NCBI RefSeq assembly: GCF_009914755.1
Contig: NC_060947.1
From: the human T2T-CHM13v2.0 reference genome, Homo sapiens
Reading direction: 5' to 3' (one strand)
Length of the DNA: 64,000 nt
This document shows positions 1 through 14,120 of this stretch, in pieces. Made by a program: the position numbers and the translations under genes. Position 1 is the first letter of the stretch; every line of letters starts with the position of its first letter. The notes beneath the pieces were generated by a model, which worked only from the letters and a program-made list of their open reading frames with translations, was not told where the DNA came from and did no database searches.

Positions 1-2239
1 GGATTCAGTATGGTTTATCATGTCATGGATTTAACCACCTAAAATCCCTTGTATCAACCTTAACTCCAATGGGCAAACTCAAGAGCAAAAATCTCCATCT
101 TCACAACTCAGAGTCCTTCTCCAGTCCTGCTCTGTCCCATCCTAGAAGGATATTCCTCTGCACTTCCAGTGCTAATGCCTTTCCATAGTCTTCCCCTACC
201 CACCCCCTAGTTATAGGAGAGGTTGCAACTGTTGGGGTTAAAAGAAGGCATGGAATCAGGGAAGGCTGCATGGAGGAGGCTGCATTTGGTCTGGGCCTTG
301 AGGGATAGGGCACAATTTCCCCAGATATGGAAAGAAAGAACTTTCCAGAAAGAAGCTATGGTGTGAATTAATTTATTTAAACTGTGTTGACTGTTATCTA
401 CTATGTGCCAGGCTCTAAGAGCAAGGTGAAGAATGGCACAGGCTTTAGAGTCAGAGGGACTTGGGCTCCAATACCTGTTTTATTTTCATTCGACTCCCTT
501 CTTACTGCCAATGACAACCTCCCGTTCTGGAGTCGCCCACTCCTACCCTCACTACTCAAGTGCAGTTGTCTAATGGGTAGCCATGTTGCCTCTCTTTCCA
601 TGAAATTCCTGCTCCCGAGATATACTTTCTAGGGGGCTGTTTTCCCCTGCCCTGACACATTGGAGGTGCATTTTGGTTATTTAGAGCTTTGTCAGTAACA
701 ACTTCAATTAAAGTATACAAACTCAATTGCAAAACTCCACGTTATCCACCCCTAATCTCTGGTCAGGGAAAGCCGTCTTGGCCTGTTTGCCCACATTTCA
801 GTGTCCCCTCCCCAAGCTTCAGTGCACATGTGCAGTGGCTTATGATAGTCATGTTCTCTCCCTTTTTGTGAGGTGTGCACACCTGGTCTCCACAATTCCT
901 CCCCAGGGGTCTGCATGGATGTGCTTGTGAGATTTGCTGCTTTAACCCATCAGTATTAGTATGAGGTTTATAACTGTGGTGACTCCATAGTTTGTTGTCC
1001 CTGGTTGGCCAGGCTGTAAAAGTGGCACTATTAATCATTACACTGTGACAAGAGTGACCGTATATCAAGCCTTGCACTTCAGGAAAGTAAGTCACAGAAC
1101 TGTCTGGGGCAAGCCATGATGTATAGTCACCTTATTTATACTCATATAGAAGCATTAACTCTAGGGTGCAAAATTGGGGGCAAAGATCTTTCTGTGTAAG
1201 CAGCGACTTGGCCTAGAAAGGCAGTTGAACCTTTTGGTGCTAAATCTGAGTATATTGTATTAGCCTTTTATAGTATTGGTCCTATTTGCTTGCAACAAAG
1301 TGGAGTCTAAAATCAGGGGGTATTGCCTGGTCTCACTGGTCTGCTTGTGATGTATTCATGAGGTAACAATCAATATTTGCCAGAGGTAGAGGATTAGATT
1401 GTCCTTAGTGTCGATTAGAATACCTTAAGCCAAAGTAGTTGTCAATATTTAAAGAATTTAAGAAGTTTTGGTTTAAAAATTCTATTAGCTTGAGTCAGCT
1501 CCAGCAGAGAGCAAGGTGAGAATTGAGTTCTAATCCCAGAGACCACCCAGCCAGGTTGGCCTATGGTAACCTAGAACCCTCACTGCCACAGTCAGGCTAG
1601 TCTTTGTCCTGAGATAGCAGCGACCCCACCCACTCCCATCTCAATGACCTGATGGCTCTGGTGGCCTCCCTAGGCCCAGGCAGTGCCTGCTGCTGCTTGT
1701 TTCTTGGCCCAGCCTGGGCAGGCCATCAAGGATGTGGTGCCTTTGGGCAGCAGACATGGTGGGGCAGGAAGAATGGCCGCAGCCCAAATGCTTAGGAGGG
1801 CTTTGAGGGGCCTTGAGATCTGAGAAGGTGGGTCAGTGTGGATGCCAGCTGGGTCACCTCAGCTTTAGACCATGGGCCCACTCAGGTCTGGGGATTTGGA
1901 GTCACTGCTGTGTCCCATTTGGATAAGATGCCACCTGGCCCTGGCAACAATAAATAAACGCCTTGCCAGATCAGTCAGTTGTGTGGAGCCCTGGACGAAC
2001 ACAAGTGCAGGGATCTAGTGACCAATGCTCTGTCTTTATTCTACCAGACCTTGATAATGGAAGACAGAAAAAGTAAAATAAAGAGCCACTTTTGGCCAAT
2101 AGAAAGTGTCCAATACACTTTGGAAAGATTTTCTGTCCCCTTTAAGAGGGCCTAGTGTATATAATTTGAAAAGGCTGCTTTCAGCTTTTTTTTTCCCAAA
2201 GTAAAAAAGAAATTTTTGCTACATCTTCATAGTTGCTTA

Positions 2240-3750
2240 TTCCAATGTTTAGAATTTGCTTTCACAGAGGAGGACTTTTTTTGAAGGTGTACCTGTGGTG
2301 TTACTTGAGTAGGGCACTTTGGCTTTGATTCTGGGTGCATGAAGTAGTGTAGTCTCTGTATGATTTCTTTGTCTGTAAACAGTGTCAGTGGTGTCTGTCA
2401 TTTCCTTTGTGGCTTAGGGTGTGGTTATTAGTGGAGGTTACAGTGAAGTTCTGCTGGGGACTGGGATGACAGGTAAGCTAGTCTTTGGGCCCTCGTGGTG
2501 GTAACGGTGCACTGAGTGCTCCTGTTCCTGGGCTTCAGGGCAGCATATGCTGGCACCACTGTTAGTGTGTCCAGGTAAGCTAATTCTGGGGCCTCCAGGT
2601 GGCTTAATTGGGTGCTGGAAGTGGCAGCAGTGGGCCAGGCAGGTGAACAGGTTCTCTAGCCCCTGGGCAGTGAGCATAGCAGGGGCAATGTCGGTACCAG
2701 TGGTGAGACAACACTTTGGGATATAAGTGTTCCACTCTGGTATTGGCAGGAGCTGTGATGGGTTGAGAGGGCTGGTGCCCAGAACTGTGAGTGGCAATGT
2801 GCAAGTGGGTGCCAGTTGTGGTGATAGCAGAGGTTGAGTGTGCCTGACTTCAGACTCCAGGAGGATTACTCAGGTGCCACTATGGTGAACTGGGCTGTGT
2901 GACCTGCAGTCCCTGATGTGCTTGTGTACTGGGGTGGAGGTAGCCTGGCCAAATTGTGCTTCAACCCTGCCCCCCCGTGTTGCATATAAATGCTGGCTTT
3001 TGTATGCATGGGCAGGGTGAGCCCTATGCCACCAGTGGAATGATCAGGTGGAGGTGGCATGGCTGTGCTGCAGCCCTGATATTGAACAGGTTGAGGTTGC
3101 CTTCCATGGGAGCAGCCATAGGCAGAGAGTTGAGGGGCATGGGCTTCACTTGTACCTTGGCCCACAGTGTCTGCAGCTGCAGCAGTTGCAGGCAGTGGAA
3201 TCTGTCCTTTGCACATGAGAATGTGCAGCCACCCCTCTTCGGGGGAGGTTAGAATTGTTTTCTGTGGCTTCTGCCTCAGCCCTAGTTGCAGGGCAGCATG
3301 TAGTCTGGTGTGGGTTGGGCTTTCAAAATGGTGCTATGCTGACACTACTTAGAACTTGGGGGTTTGTGGGACCCAGCATGAGTTTTCCCTCTGAAACAAT
3401 GCCTTCACACAGTTTCCAGGGAACTTTCTATGTTAGTCTTCGGCCAGCAAGGATTGGGGGACTCTACCACGGCTAGGATTTTAGGAACCTGAAGCAGGAG
3501 CCACTGGGAGTCTCTCGCTTATCCTTTCCCCACACAGGAGAGTCTCTCCTGGCTCCCAGCCGATCTTGGTTAGGAGGCCAACTTGCTTCCTTCTCCTTTC
3601 TTGCTCTGGGTGTTTCCTGCCACTTCTGTGTTGAATTTCAGTATTCTCTCTGATGATCTATTCAAAGTGTGATTATCTACTCACTATTTTGGTTTTTCCT
3701 AGTGGAGGAGGCAAGTAAGAGATGCCTCTAATCAACCATTTGAACGCCTC
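2240..3750 (-). mobile_element. Old L1 5'UTR fragment (L1M/L1PB-like)
   Basis: GC-richer L1 5'UTR-like text. Ends gatgcctctaatcaaccatttgaacgcctc, the reverse complement of a typical old L1 start. Confidence 0.6.
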
Positions 3751-3759
3751 ACCAGGTGG

Positions 3760-4989
3760 TAATTTTCTATATCTTGTAGGTGATGTTTGTTCCTTTTACC
3801 TTTTTTTCTTTTTCCCTTTGTGTATTTTCAAATAGCCTGTCTTTGAGCTCACTGATTCTTTCCTCTGCTTGATCCATTTGGCTATTGGAAGCCGCTAATA
3901 AATTTTTCATTTCAGCAAAAGTATTTTTCAGTGATTCCTGTATGATTTTTTAAAAAAATCAATCTCTGTTAAATTTTTCTGATAAATTTCTGAATTGCTT
4001 TTCTGTGTTATCTTGGAGATCACTGAGTTTCCTTAAAACTACTGTTTTGAATTCTTGGTCAGAGAGGTTAAATATCATCATCTAATTAGGGTGTGAATCA
4101 CTGGTTGCTTGCTTTGTCTGTTTGAGGAGGTCTTGGTTTTGTGTTTGCTGTTGTTTCTTGTGTATGTACATCTATGTCTTTGCAGTGAAGGATTAGCTAC
4201 TTATACCAGTCTTCTCTGTCTGGCTTGTTTTGGTTTTTATTAAATATGTTTGATTAGAGATTCTTTGCAATTTACCTGTTATCTTTTTTCCCACTAGGTC
4301 ACTGCCTCTTTTTTTGCACTAGATGGCGCCTTAATTAAGCTCAGGTTTGCCTCCTCAGTTCTGGTACTCAATCAGGGTGCCACCAGTCCGAAATGGGGAA
4401 GGTCCCAAATAGGATATCCTGTTAGTATGGGAAGACTGGTCAGGGGTTCATGCCTGGAGATCTGTGGAATGAACCTCTTACAGCATGGTGCTGCTGAACA
4501 GCTAATCTGTTTTGGCATCTCTTGACTGATTTACACAGCAGAGTTTCCAGGGCTGAGGATGGCAGTCCCACTTCCCCTACTTGTCTGTGGCTGTCTACAG
4601 AAATATTCCTCTCTTCAGGTACTCTCAATGCTTCCCATGAGTTGAGGCAGAGACAGGTCTCCTGTCAGGTAACCTAAGATGATGGGAAGCTGTTGTTTAC
4701 CTCAATCATACTTTTTCCAGTGTGGAAACTATGAGTTGGGGGAAATTTTTCTATGCACTTAGTGCTGGGCAGATTGGGGGAAAGGGCATCACAAATATGG
4801 AAGTTTGATCCTCTAACATCTGCTCAGAGTTTTTTTCACTTCTCTGCTGCCCTGGGAACTGTCTTATCCTCATATTTGAGTTCTGGGATGTTGCTGGTGA
4901 TAATCTCAATGCCGTATATTTGTTTTTGGTTTTGAGGGTAGGAAGTAAAACCAGCTTGTTTCTATGCCACCATTTTGAAGTGGGAAGTC
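3760..4989 (-). mobile_element. Second old L1 5'UTR plus start of ORF1
   Basis: Antisense ORF1-like text (gagctcactgattctttcctctgcttgatcc). Terminus gccaccattttgaagtgggaagtc. Confidence 0.65.
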
Positions 4990-6289
4990 TAAATTGGGTT
5001 GTTTGTCTTTTCATCATTGAGTTGTGATAGTACTTATATATTATGGATACTAGACCATTATCAGATATAAGATTTACAAATATTTTCTCCCATTCCTTTT
5101 GTTGTCTTTTCACTTTTTTGATAATGTCCTTTGACAAACAAAAAATTTTAATTTTGGTGAAGTCCAATCTATTTTTAATTCTATTGCTTATACTTTTGGT
5201 GTCATATTTAGGAAAACATTGCCTAATCCAAAGTACGAAGATTTACACCGATGTTTTCTTCTGATAATTTTATAATATTAGCTCTTACATTTAGGTATAT
5301 GACCCACTTTAAGTTAATTTTTGCATATGGTGTGAAATAGGAGTAAAAAAATTATGCTTTTTGCATGTGGGTATTCATTTGTCCCAGCAATATTTGTTGA
5401 AATGACTATTCTTTCTCCATCGAATGGTCTTGGCACCCTTGTCAAAAATCAATTGACCATAGATTTACATGCTTACTTCTGGACTCAATTCTATTCCATT
5501 GATCTATATGTCTGCCCTTATGACAGTATCACACTGTTTTGATTAATCTAAGTTTGTAGTAAGTTTTGAAATTGGGAAATGTTAATCTTCCAGCTTTGTT
5601 GTTTTTTAAGATTGCTTTGGTTTTTTTTAGGTCCCTTGTATTTCCGTATGAATTTTAGAATCAGCTTGTCGATTTCTCTAAAAAAGGCAGCTAGAATTTT
5701 ACTAAGAATTTCTTTAAGTCTGTAGATCAATTCAATGAATATTGCCATCTCAATATTAAGTCTTCCAACCCATGAACATGGGATGCCTTTCCATTTATTT
5801 AGGTTTTAAAAAATTTCTTTCAACAAGTGTTGTAGTTTTCAGTGTACAGTTTTTTCACTTCCTTGGTCAAGTTTATTCTTAAGTATTTTATTCTTTTTGA
5901 TGCTACCGTAAATGAAATTATTTACTAAATTTTATTTTTAGGCTTTTCATTGCTATTGTAAAGAAATGTAACTGATTTTCAAGTATTAATCTTATATCCC
6001 GCAACTTCACTGGACTCATTTTTTAGCTCTAATTGTTTATTTGTGGATATTTCAGGGTTTTCTATATATGAGATCAAGTAATTTGTGATCAGCAGTACTT
6101 TTCATTCTTTTCCTATATGGATGTCATTTCTTTCTTTTTCTTGTCTAATTTCCCTGACTAGAGCTTTCCATACAATGTTAAATAGGAATGGCAAGAGTAA
6201 ACATCCTTGTTTTGTTCCTGATCTTGCAGGAAATGATTCAGTTTTTCATTATTGGGTATGATGTTGTCTGTGGGGTTTTCATAGATGCC

Positions 6290-6708
6290 TGAAATAGCTT
6301 TGATATTTTTCCCCTTCAAAGCTCATGTTGAAATTTGATTTCCAAATTGGAGATGGGGCCTAGTGAGAGGTATTTGGGTTATAGGGGTGGATCACTCATG
6401 AATGGCTTGGAGCCCTCCGTGTGGTACTGAGTAAGTTCTTGCTCTATTAGTTTATGTGAGAGTTGACTGTTTTAGAAAGCCTGGCACCTCCACCCATCTC
6501 TCTTCCTCCCTCTCTCACCATGTGACACATCTGCCCCCACTTCACCTTCTGCCATGAGTAAAAGCTTCCTGAGGCTCTCACCAGAAGTAGATGATAGTGC
6601 TATGCTTCTTGTACAGCCTGCAGAACTGTAAGCCAAATAAATGTCTTTTCTTTATAAATGACCCAGCCTCATGTATCCCTTTATAGCAATGCAAAGTGGA
6701 CTGAAACA
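6290..6708 (+). mobile_element. MaLR solo LTR (MSTB-like)
   Basis: TG...CA ends, 5-bp TSD ATGCC at 6285-6289 and 6709-6713, internal AATAAA, MST consensus-like text. Confidence 0.88.
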
Positions 6709-7211
6709 ATGCCCTTTATCATGTTAGAGAAGTTCCCTTCTATTCCTAGTTTTTCAGTGCTTTTATTATGAAGGAGTGTTGGATTTTGTCAAATGTTCTT
6801 TCTGTGTTTATTGAGATGATCATGTGCCCCCTCTTTAGTCTATTAATATGGTGTATTACATTAATTTGTTTTCATACACTGAACTAACCTTGTATTCCTG
6901 GGATAAATCTTACTTGGTCATGTTGTATAGTCTGTTAACATGTGAGTTTGTTAGTGTTTTGTTGAGGATTTTGTGTCTATATTCATAAGGAGTTTTGGTT
7001 TGTAGTTTTCTTGTGATGTCTTTGACTTTGATATCAGGGTAATGCTGGCCTCATAGAATGAATTGAAACATGTTAACTGCTTTTCTACTTTCTGGAAGAG
7101 TTTGAGAATGATTGGTTTAAATTATTTAATTATTTGTTAAACCATCAGCAGTGTAACCATCTGGTCCTAGGCTTTTCTTTGTTGGCATTTTTTTTAATTA
7201 TTATTACTGAG

Positions 7212-7714
7212 TGTCTCAATTGTACCCACAGGATTTTAATTTATAGAGCTGACCAAATGACAACAGACAGAGATGCTAATCCCATTGAAAAAGTTTTGTT
7301 AATTACATTTCCCAAGAGAAGGGAATGCATCATGCCACACAGGGTCACATGGGGAAGCACCAGTGTTGGTTAGGAGGCAGAAATAAATGAGGGAAGCTTA
7401 TGCTAGAGCCTTTATTGGAGTTTCCATAGGAAAAGCAAGGCAAGGCAGGAGAAACAGCTTAGGGTTGGCTACTTTGAATAATTCTGGTGGGTTTTTGGAC
7501 ATAGGAACGCTTCCTAGTTGTCTGGTACCTGACCCTGGGTTGATTTAGGGCAGGGGAAATGTGGCTTGATATGTGAGAGTTAGATAAGGTGGTAGTTCTG
7601 AGTATAGGCTCTGGATTGCAGGGGAGATGTTGATAACTTGGCCATTAGTTTGGCCCTGTAATTAATGGATGCCAAACAGACAAATACAGAATCTGCAAAA
7701 ACATAGTTAGAACA
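7212..7714 (-). mobile_element. Solo LTR, probably ERVL class (MER54/74/76-like)
   Basis: TG...CA ends and near-perfect TSD ctgag/ctgac. Interrupts otherwise continuous L1 sequence. Family and strand are tentative. Confidence 0.6.
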
Positions 7715-10482
7715 CTGACTCAATTCCTTTACATTCAGATTTTCTAACTAATTTTAGTCATTTTTTATAATTTGTCTGTTTCTAGGAATTTTTCCATTTC
7801 ATCTAGATTATCTAATTTGTTGACATACATTTGTTCATAGTATTTTCTGATAATTCATTTTTAAAATTTTCTGTAAGGTCAGTAGTAATGTCCTGAGTCC
7901 GACTCTTGATTTTAGTAATTTGAGTCTTTTATTTTTGATCAGTCTAGTTAAAAGTTTGTGAATTTTTACTGTTCTTTTAAAAAACTGACTTTTCATTTCA
8001 CTGTTTTTTTTCTATTGTTTTCTGTTCGCTATCTCATTTATTTGTGCTTTAATCTTTATTATTCCTTTCCTTCTGCTTGCTTTGAGATCAGTTTCTTCTT
8101 ATTTTCCTAGTTTCTTAAGGTGCAAAATTATTAGGTTATCAATTACAGATCTTTCTTCTTTTTGTAATGTAGGTATTTACAGCTACAAATTTCCCTCTGA
8201 GTACTGTTTCTGCTGCATCCCACAAGTTTCGGTTGTTATGTTTTCATCTTCATCATCATCATTTCAAAGTATTTTCTAGTTTACTTTGTGATTTCTTCTT
8301 TGACTCAAGTAGCTATTTAGTAGTGTTTAGTTTTCACTTAGTTGTGAATTTTCCAAATTTCCTCTTGTTACTAATTTCTAATTTAATTCCATTGTGGCCA
8401 AGGAACATACTTAATGTGATTTTAATCTTTTAAAATTCATTGAAACTTGTTTTGTGGCTTACTATGTGACTTATCTTGGAGAATGTTTTATGTGCACTTG
8501 AGAAGAATGTTTATTCTTCTATTGTTGGGTGGATTGCTTTCTAGACATCTATTAGGTCAAAATGGCTCATGCTGTTGTTTACGTCTTCTGTTTCCTTGGT
8601 GATCTTCTCTCTGTTTGTTGTAGTCATTGTTGAATGTGGGATATTGATGCTTCCCACTATGAATGTAGAACTGTGTATTTATCACTTCAATTCTATCAAT
8701 TTTTGCTTCATATATTTTCAGGCTCCACATTAGAGGAATTTATGTTTATAATTGTTATATAAAATGAAAAATGTCGAATAATTCAATGGAAACGTATCTT
8801 TTGGATAATATTTCAATAGTATAGATCTAAGAATGAATTCCCTTAGAAGCATTATACTTATTGTTCACTATTGTTTTTGTCTCATTTTAAGTCGAGCATT
8901 AAGAGAATAAAGTATTTTAATTGTAAGTCTGCCAAAATCTTTATCCAGATAATTTTTGTCATTTTTGTCTTTTATGAAATTTTTGTCCCCATGGAAGGCA
9001 GGATTACATTTCTTTCCCAATTGAGTTGGTGTTGTATATTCTTGGTTTTCAAAATATTCATGACTTTGGGACATTGAATTGATAAAAATTCATGATATTC
9101 TTTGAACTAGTAAAGATTCATACTGTGTGATCTCAACCACATACAAATATATGCGCAATTGTGTGTGTACACACATAAGGATTTAGATAGATATTTCAAG
9201 CTGTAAGCTGGGTGTGACTGTGGGTGATTTTGTGTTTTTAAATTTTTCAATAATGTACATATTCACTTATAAAAGTTAAACAAAAATAAACATTATTTAA
9301 AATACCATTGGCACTTTACATTCTTCCTGAATGGCTGAGATGGGTAATTTCTGGCCATCAGGCAATACCTTACAAATCCTCTTAATTATAGTCCTGGTAA
9401 AATGAGTATCTCTGTCACAAGGAAGGCTAAAAGGAACAACTTCTGGCTATCCAGAGAGAAGGAAGACAGTAATGAATACATATTCAAATCCTTGCGATAA
9501 AGGAAGTTATACAAAGTTCACTTGTAAATGTTCGAAGAATCCTCAAGGCTGTGGTTCCTGTCTATGTCTTACCTTAATGGTTTTTCCAGGGTTATGAGTC
9601 TTGTAGATGGAACATGCACTAGAGACTTCATCTCCTGTTTAAAATTTTCCCAACAATGTTGTCTGAGAATAGTTTTCAAGTTTATTTACTGTTATGAATC
9701 ATAACCTGCAAAATTTTCATCAAGCTCTGTTTCAGAGAGACTGGAGAGACCAGGTGCAGTCTTGGTGTCTCCATAGGAACCCATCTGATTGGAGGGAACA
9801 CCCAGATTTCTCCCAGTATCTTTTTTCAGAGTCTGGTGCTTTAACTGCAATTTGCTCAAAGTTTCATGGAAGCAATCTGCAGTAACCAGGTTGTCTTTAA
9901 TATGCTGAACAAATTGAATGTGGCGAGAGCAGCCTGTTTAGCATACTGGTCAGACAGGGCATTTCCTTTTGCTTTATGGGTTTGTTCCCTAGTATGAGAT
10001 TTGACGTTAATTACAGTCACTTCCTTGAGAGAGTAGCAAAGCATCTAGTAAAGCCTGTATGTGCTCATGCTGCTTATTGAAGTACCAGAAGCTGTTAGGA
10101 AGCTGTGTTGTTTCCATAGCATGCTAAAATCATAAACCAAACCAAAGGCATATCTGCTGTCTGTGTATATGTTAGCCCTTTTATTCTTTGCTAGCTTGGT
10201 AGGCTAGAGTTAAGCCTATAAATTCAGCTGGTTATGCTAACTTGACTTCAGGAAGGTGGTCATATTCAAAAAGCTCTTAGGAAGTAGTGACGGCATACTT
10301 AACTTGAAAATACACCTGTTCAGTCTCAATATATGACCAACCTACAAAGAATTCTGAGTTTTGTAGAGGAGTTTCAAGAAGATCAGAGAGAGGCAGATAA
10401 AGTTCTCAAGTTAAACAATCATGAGACTTTTCACCTTCTCTGAAAGAGGAAATAAACTAGCTGCGTTAAGATTATGACACTA

Positions 10483-11266
10483 TTAAAGAAGATACATAAA
10501 TGGCCAATAAACACTTGAAAAGGTGCTCAACATCATTAGTCATTAGGGCAATGCAAATCAAAACCACATTGGGATACTACTTCACACCCAGTAGGATGGC
10601 TATAATTTAAAAAGCCCAGCAGTAACAACTGTGAGAGTATGAAAAATGGAAACCTCATATATTATTGGTGGGAATGTAAAATGGTGCAGTCATTGTGGAA
10701 CAGTTTGGCAGTTCCTCAAGCAGTTAAACATAGAGTTACCATATGACCCAGCATTTTTACTCCTAAATATATACCTAAAGAAATTGAAAACCCGTCTTCA
10801 AAGAAAATCCTATGCATAAATGTTCAAGCAGCATTATTCATCATAGCCAAAATGTGGAAACAACCCAATTGTCCATCAACTGATGCATGGATAAACATAT
10901 AATGGAATATTATTTGGCCATAAAAAGAATGAAGTAATGTATTGATACATTCTACAACATGGATAATCCTTGAAAATGTTATGCTAAGTTAAAGAAGCCA
11001 GATACAAAAGGCCACATAGTGTATAATTTCATTTACATAAAATGTTCAGAATAAGAATATCCATAAAGTTGGAAAGAAGATTAGTGGTTGCCAGGTGGAG
11101 AATAATGAGTGATTGCTTATGATTTTTCTGGAAGACAATGAAAATGTTCAGAAATTAGATGGTGATGTTGGTTGCACAACATTGTAAAACATGAAAAACC
11201 ATGGAATTGTACACTTTAAAAGGATAAGTTATGGTATGTGAATCATATCTCACTTTTTAAAAAAGA
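10483..11266 (+). mobile_element. L1MB-like 3' end inserted into ERV pol
   Basis: gaagatacataaatggccaataaacacttgaaaagg...catatgacccagca...tgtgaatcatatctc, ending in a short A tail. ERV sequence lies on both sides. Confidence 0.88.
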
Positions 11267-12652
11267 GTACAGTATTCCTATAGACTCCTAATAGATGATG
11301 ATATGAACGGAGGACAGAAATAGTAATTCATAAGAAATGAGTCTAGAAGCAGAGAAATGTTGGGTGCTTTGGTGATGAGAAGGGTCTGAGCTTCATTAGG
11401 TACCATTAGATGAAAAGGTGATCCCAAGATTAAATGCGGCGACAGCTACTGCCCCCAGGAAAGAGGGATATATTTAGCTACTGGATGGAGCAATATTGTA
11501 ATACCCAATGAGTCTCTGATTTCCATCATGTTTCTAAGATAAAACTCCAAGAGCTTGATCATCCCTTTTATATATAAACCAAAAAAAAAGATAGTATAAT
11601 TTTGGGGTGACCCAAAATGAAATGCCTTGGGTTGGTCAATGGCTAACTCTGTAGTGACCATCCAAGGCAGAAGCTCAGGAATACCATTTTAATTCATGTC
11701 ACTGAGGGTGCCAGCTAATTCAGAAAAGTTGGAAATCTACCACCTGCAATATCCTATAAGTCCCAGAAATCCTCTAAATTGTCTTTTGGTAGTAGGGCAA
11801 GGGCAATTTTGAATGACCGTACTCCTATTCACCGGGAGGAATTTGCCTCCCTAGGATATACCATGGCTTAGATAGTGAACTTGGGCCTAAGGAAACAGTA
11901 ATTTATTCTTACAAATTTATCCTTTTATACAGTAATTTAAACAGTAAATTATTATTACAAATTTGTCCTTACAATATTTCCTTTTATAAACAAAGTTTCT
12001 GATATAGAGTCTTCTTGAGAAGAGGTTAAATCAGGTGAACATAAGAGCAAGTTACTTACTATCTGATCAAGGCAGAGGACCAGGGAAATTGTAAGTCTTT
12101 GAGATTATGATTGAGAAGCTGAGAGAAGTGTGAGGGGGCTTGCAATGTGAATGCAATGAATGAAGTGAATAGAGGACTTAAGAGTGGGTGCATAGGAGTT
12201 GAGGGAAGCCCCATAGGATGGTGTACTGGGTCATGAGAGACTGAGAGATCAAGAAAAAGGCCTTTGGATATACATCTAATAGTAGTTCCCCATTGAGCCA
12301 AAAGGTCCATCTGTATAGGTTAGGGAGGGTGGAAGACAGAAGAGAAAGATATATTGAGAGGTTAAGCATCCCAAAGAGATAAGCGAAGGGTTAGAGAGAG
12401 GAAGTGAATATGTTTAACAAGTGAGTCCCACTACTGAGCTTTTTAAAATTATTCTGAGGAAGGATGGTAGGAAACTAGAAGGAATTAATGATGGAGAGTG
12501 TGTCTCCAGGGTCTACTAAAAAATGAGCTTGGGTAGCCATTCACAAATAAATAGAGTTATTTCTCCTTGCTGATCCAAAGACAATTGAGGATACTGAAGG
12601 GTACATTCCTCGGAGAAGGGGAATTGCTTTATTTCAGATTGAGTAACCTGTA

Positions 12653-12833
12653 TAGTGTTGCCAAATAAAATATGGGAAGTGCAGTTAAATTTGAATGTCA
12701 GATAAGAAATGAATCATTTTTTAGTACAAGTGTGTACCCAACATTTCATGGGACATACTTATGCTAAAATGTTACTCATTTATTTGAAATTCATATATTT
12801 TTTCATTTTTATTTGCTAAATCTAACAACTCTA
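12653..12833. mobile_element. MER53-like palindromic hAT MITE
   Basis: TIRs tagtgttgccaaat / atctaacaactcta and a central palindrome tgtacccaacatttcatgggacatac. Confidence 0.8.
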
Positions 12834-14120
12834 GTTGAGTGTCTCATTTCTTTGCTACAGCGGGATGATTGCAGGTCCAGTGTCTTTTTCTCTGCAATAT
12901 CTGCAAGTGTCTGTGTCTCTCTGTGTTTAAATTGTGGAGGGCCTTTTTATTTCCCCCAGGCTGTTCGAGTTGTAATGACATAAGTTTGCGGTGTGCTTCT
13001 CTCTTTATTTACTATGCTTTCCACAAAATGCTGGTTTAAAATCTGCTGAACTCAAAGTGTTGTAAATCATGAGTGGATGTGGTCTGCCAGCCTGTTTTAT
13101 GCTTCTGAATAGCATCTGATATATCAGGGTTAAGGCCATTAGTAAAGAATGTGCAGATTGTTGTTGGAGTGTTAGTGTTAATGCCCAACCCTGAGCATTC
13201 CTAAAAATGCTTTCTATCATTGGTCCCTAAAATTGGAAACAGATTTATCACACCCTTGCTGACAGGTTTGGATTATTCCTCAGTCGATGGAATAGTGAAA
13301 ACCTTCACCAATTGCCTTTAAAAGACTTTCTCCTCTCTATTTGGCTTTTCCATATCCAGAAAGGGTGAAGGTATGGGTCAAAAGGTGAGAGGAAGGTGAG
13401 AAAGTGGAAAAGGAGGAGAAAGAGAGCAGAGCAGAGGACAGAAAGCAGAAGAGTAGGGAGGCCAGGATAAAGTCAGATTGTAAGGGGAAGAAATAGAGTT
13501 TGATAGAAAGGAGGAGGTCTTTGGAGAGAGAGAGACAGCTGAGGTTGTTTTAAAAGAAGACTCAACAGATTGGAAACTTTCTGAATTGTTTCTTTCCTCA
13601 GCTTCTTCTTTTGGCTTAAGGAAAGCTGTCCATTGTAAATATGTTATCTGGTTTCCTTTTGCTCTAAAGAATCATGCAAATGCTTGCGTTGTGACATGTC
13701 CCGAGAGTCCCAAATGAACCACTGCAGCTAAAAATTGTCTTCCTTGAGGTCATACCACTTAGCTCATAACAAAAAAGGTTCAATGCAGAAGAAAGGTGAA
13801 GGGCCTGGTCCTACATTATGATCATCATCTAATTCTCTGCTCTTGGAGACCTGAAAGGCCAGAGAACTCCAAAAGACAAAAGGAAAATAGAAGTAATGAC
13901 TTTAATCAGAAAACAAGTTAACCTTTCCAAAGAATCAAAACATGGAACTTCCTTGACACAACAAAAAATTGGAGCACGTGAGTGGGAACAGGACTTATCT
14001 GACCCAATAGGGCCCTCCAAGAAGGGAGGAAGAAGGTCCCTCAGTTCATTCTGTCTTTATCTGAAACCTCAGTAGGCTCAAGGGCCTATTCAGACCCAAT
14101 CTGAGTCACAGTGACAAAAC

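Larger units (their letters stand above)
4990..8760 (-). mobile_element. Degraded L1M ORF2, interrupted by two LTR insertions
   Basis: ORF2-like peptides KIKIFCLSKDIIKKVKRQ...WEKIF and EIDKLILKFI on the minus strand. Confidence 0.88.
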
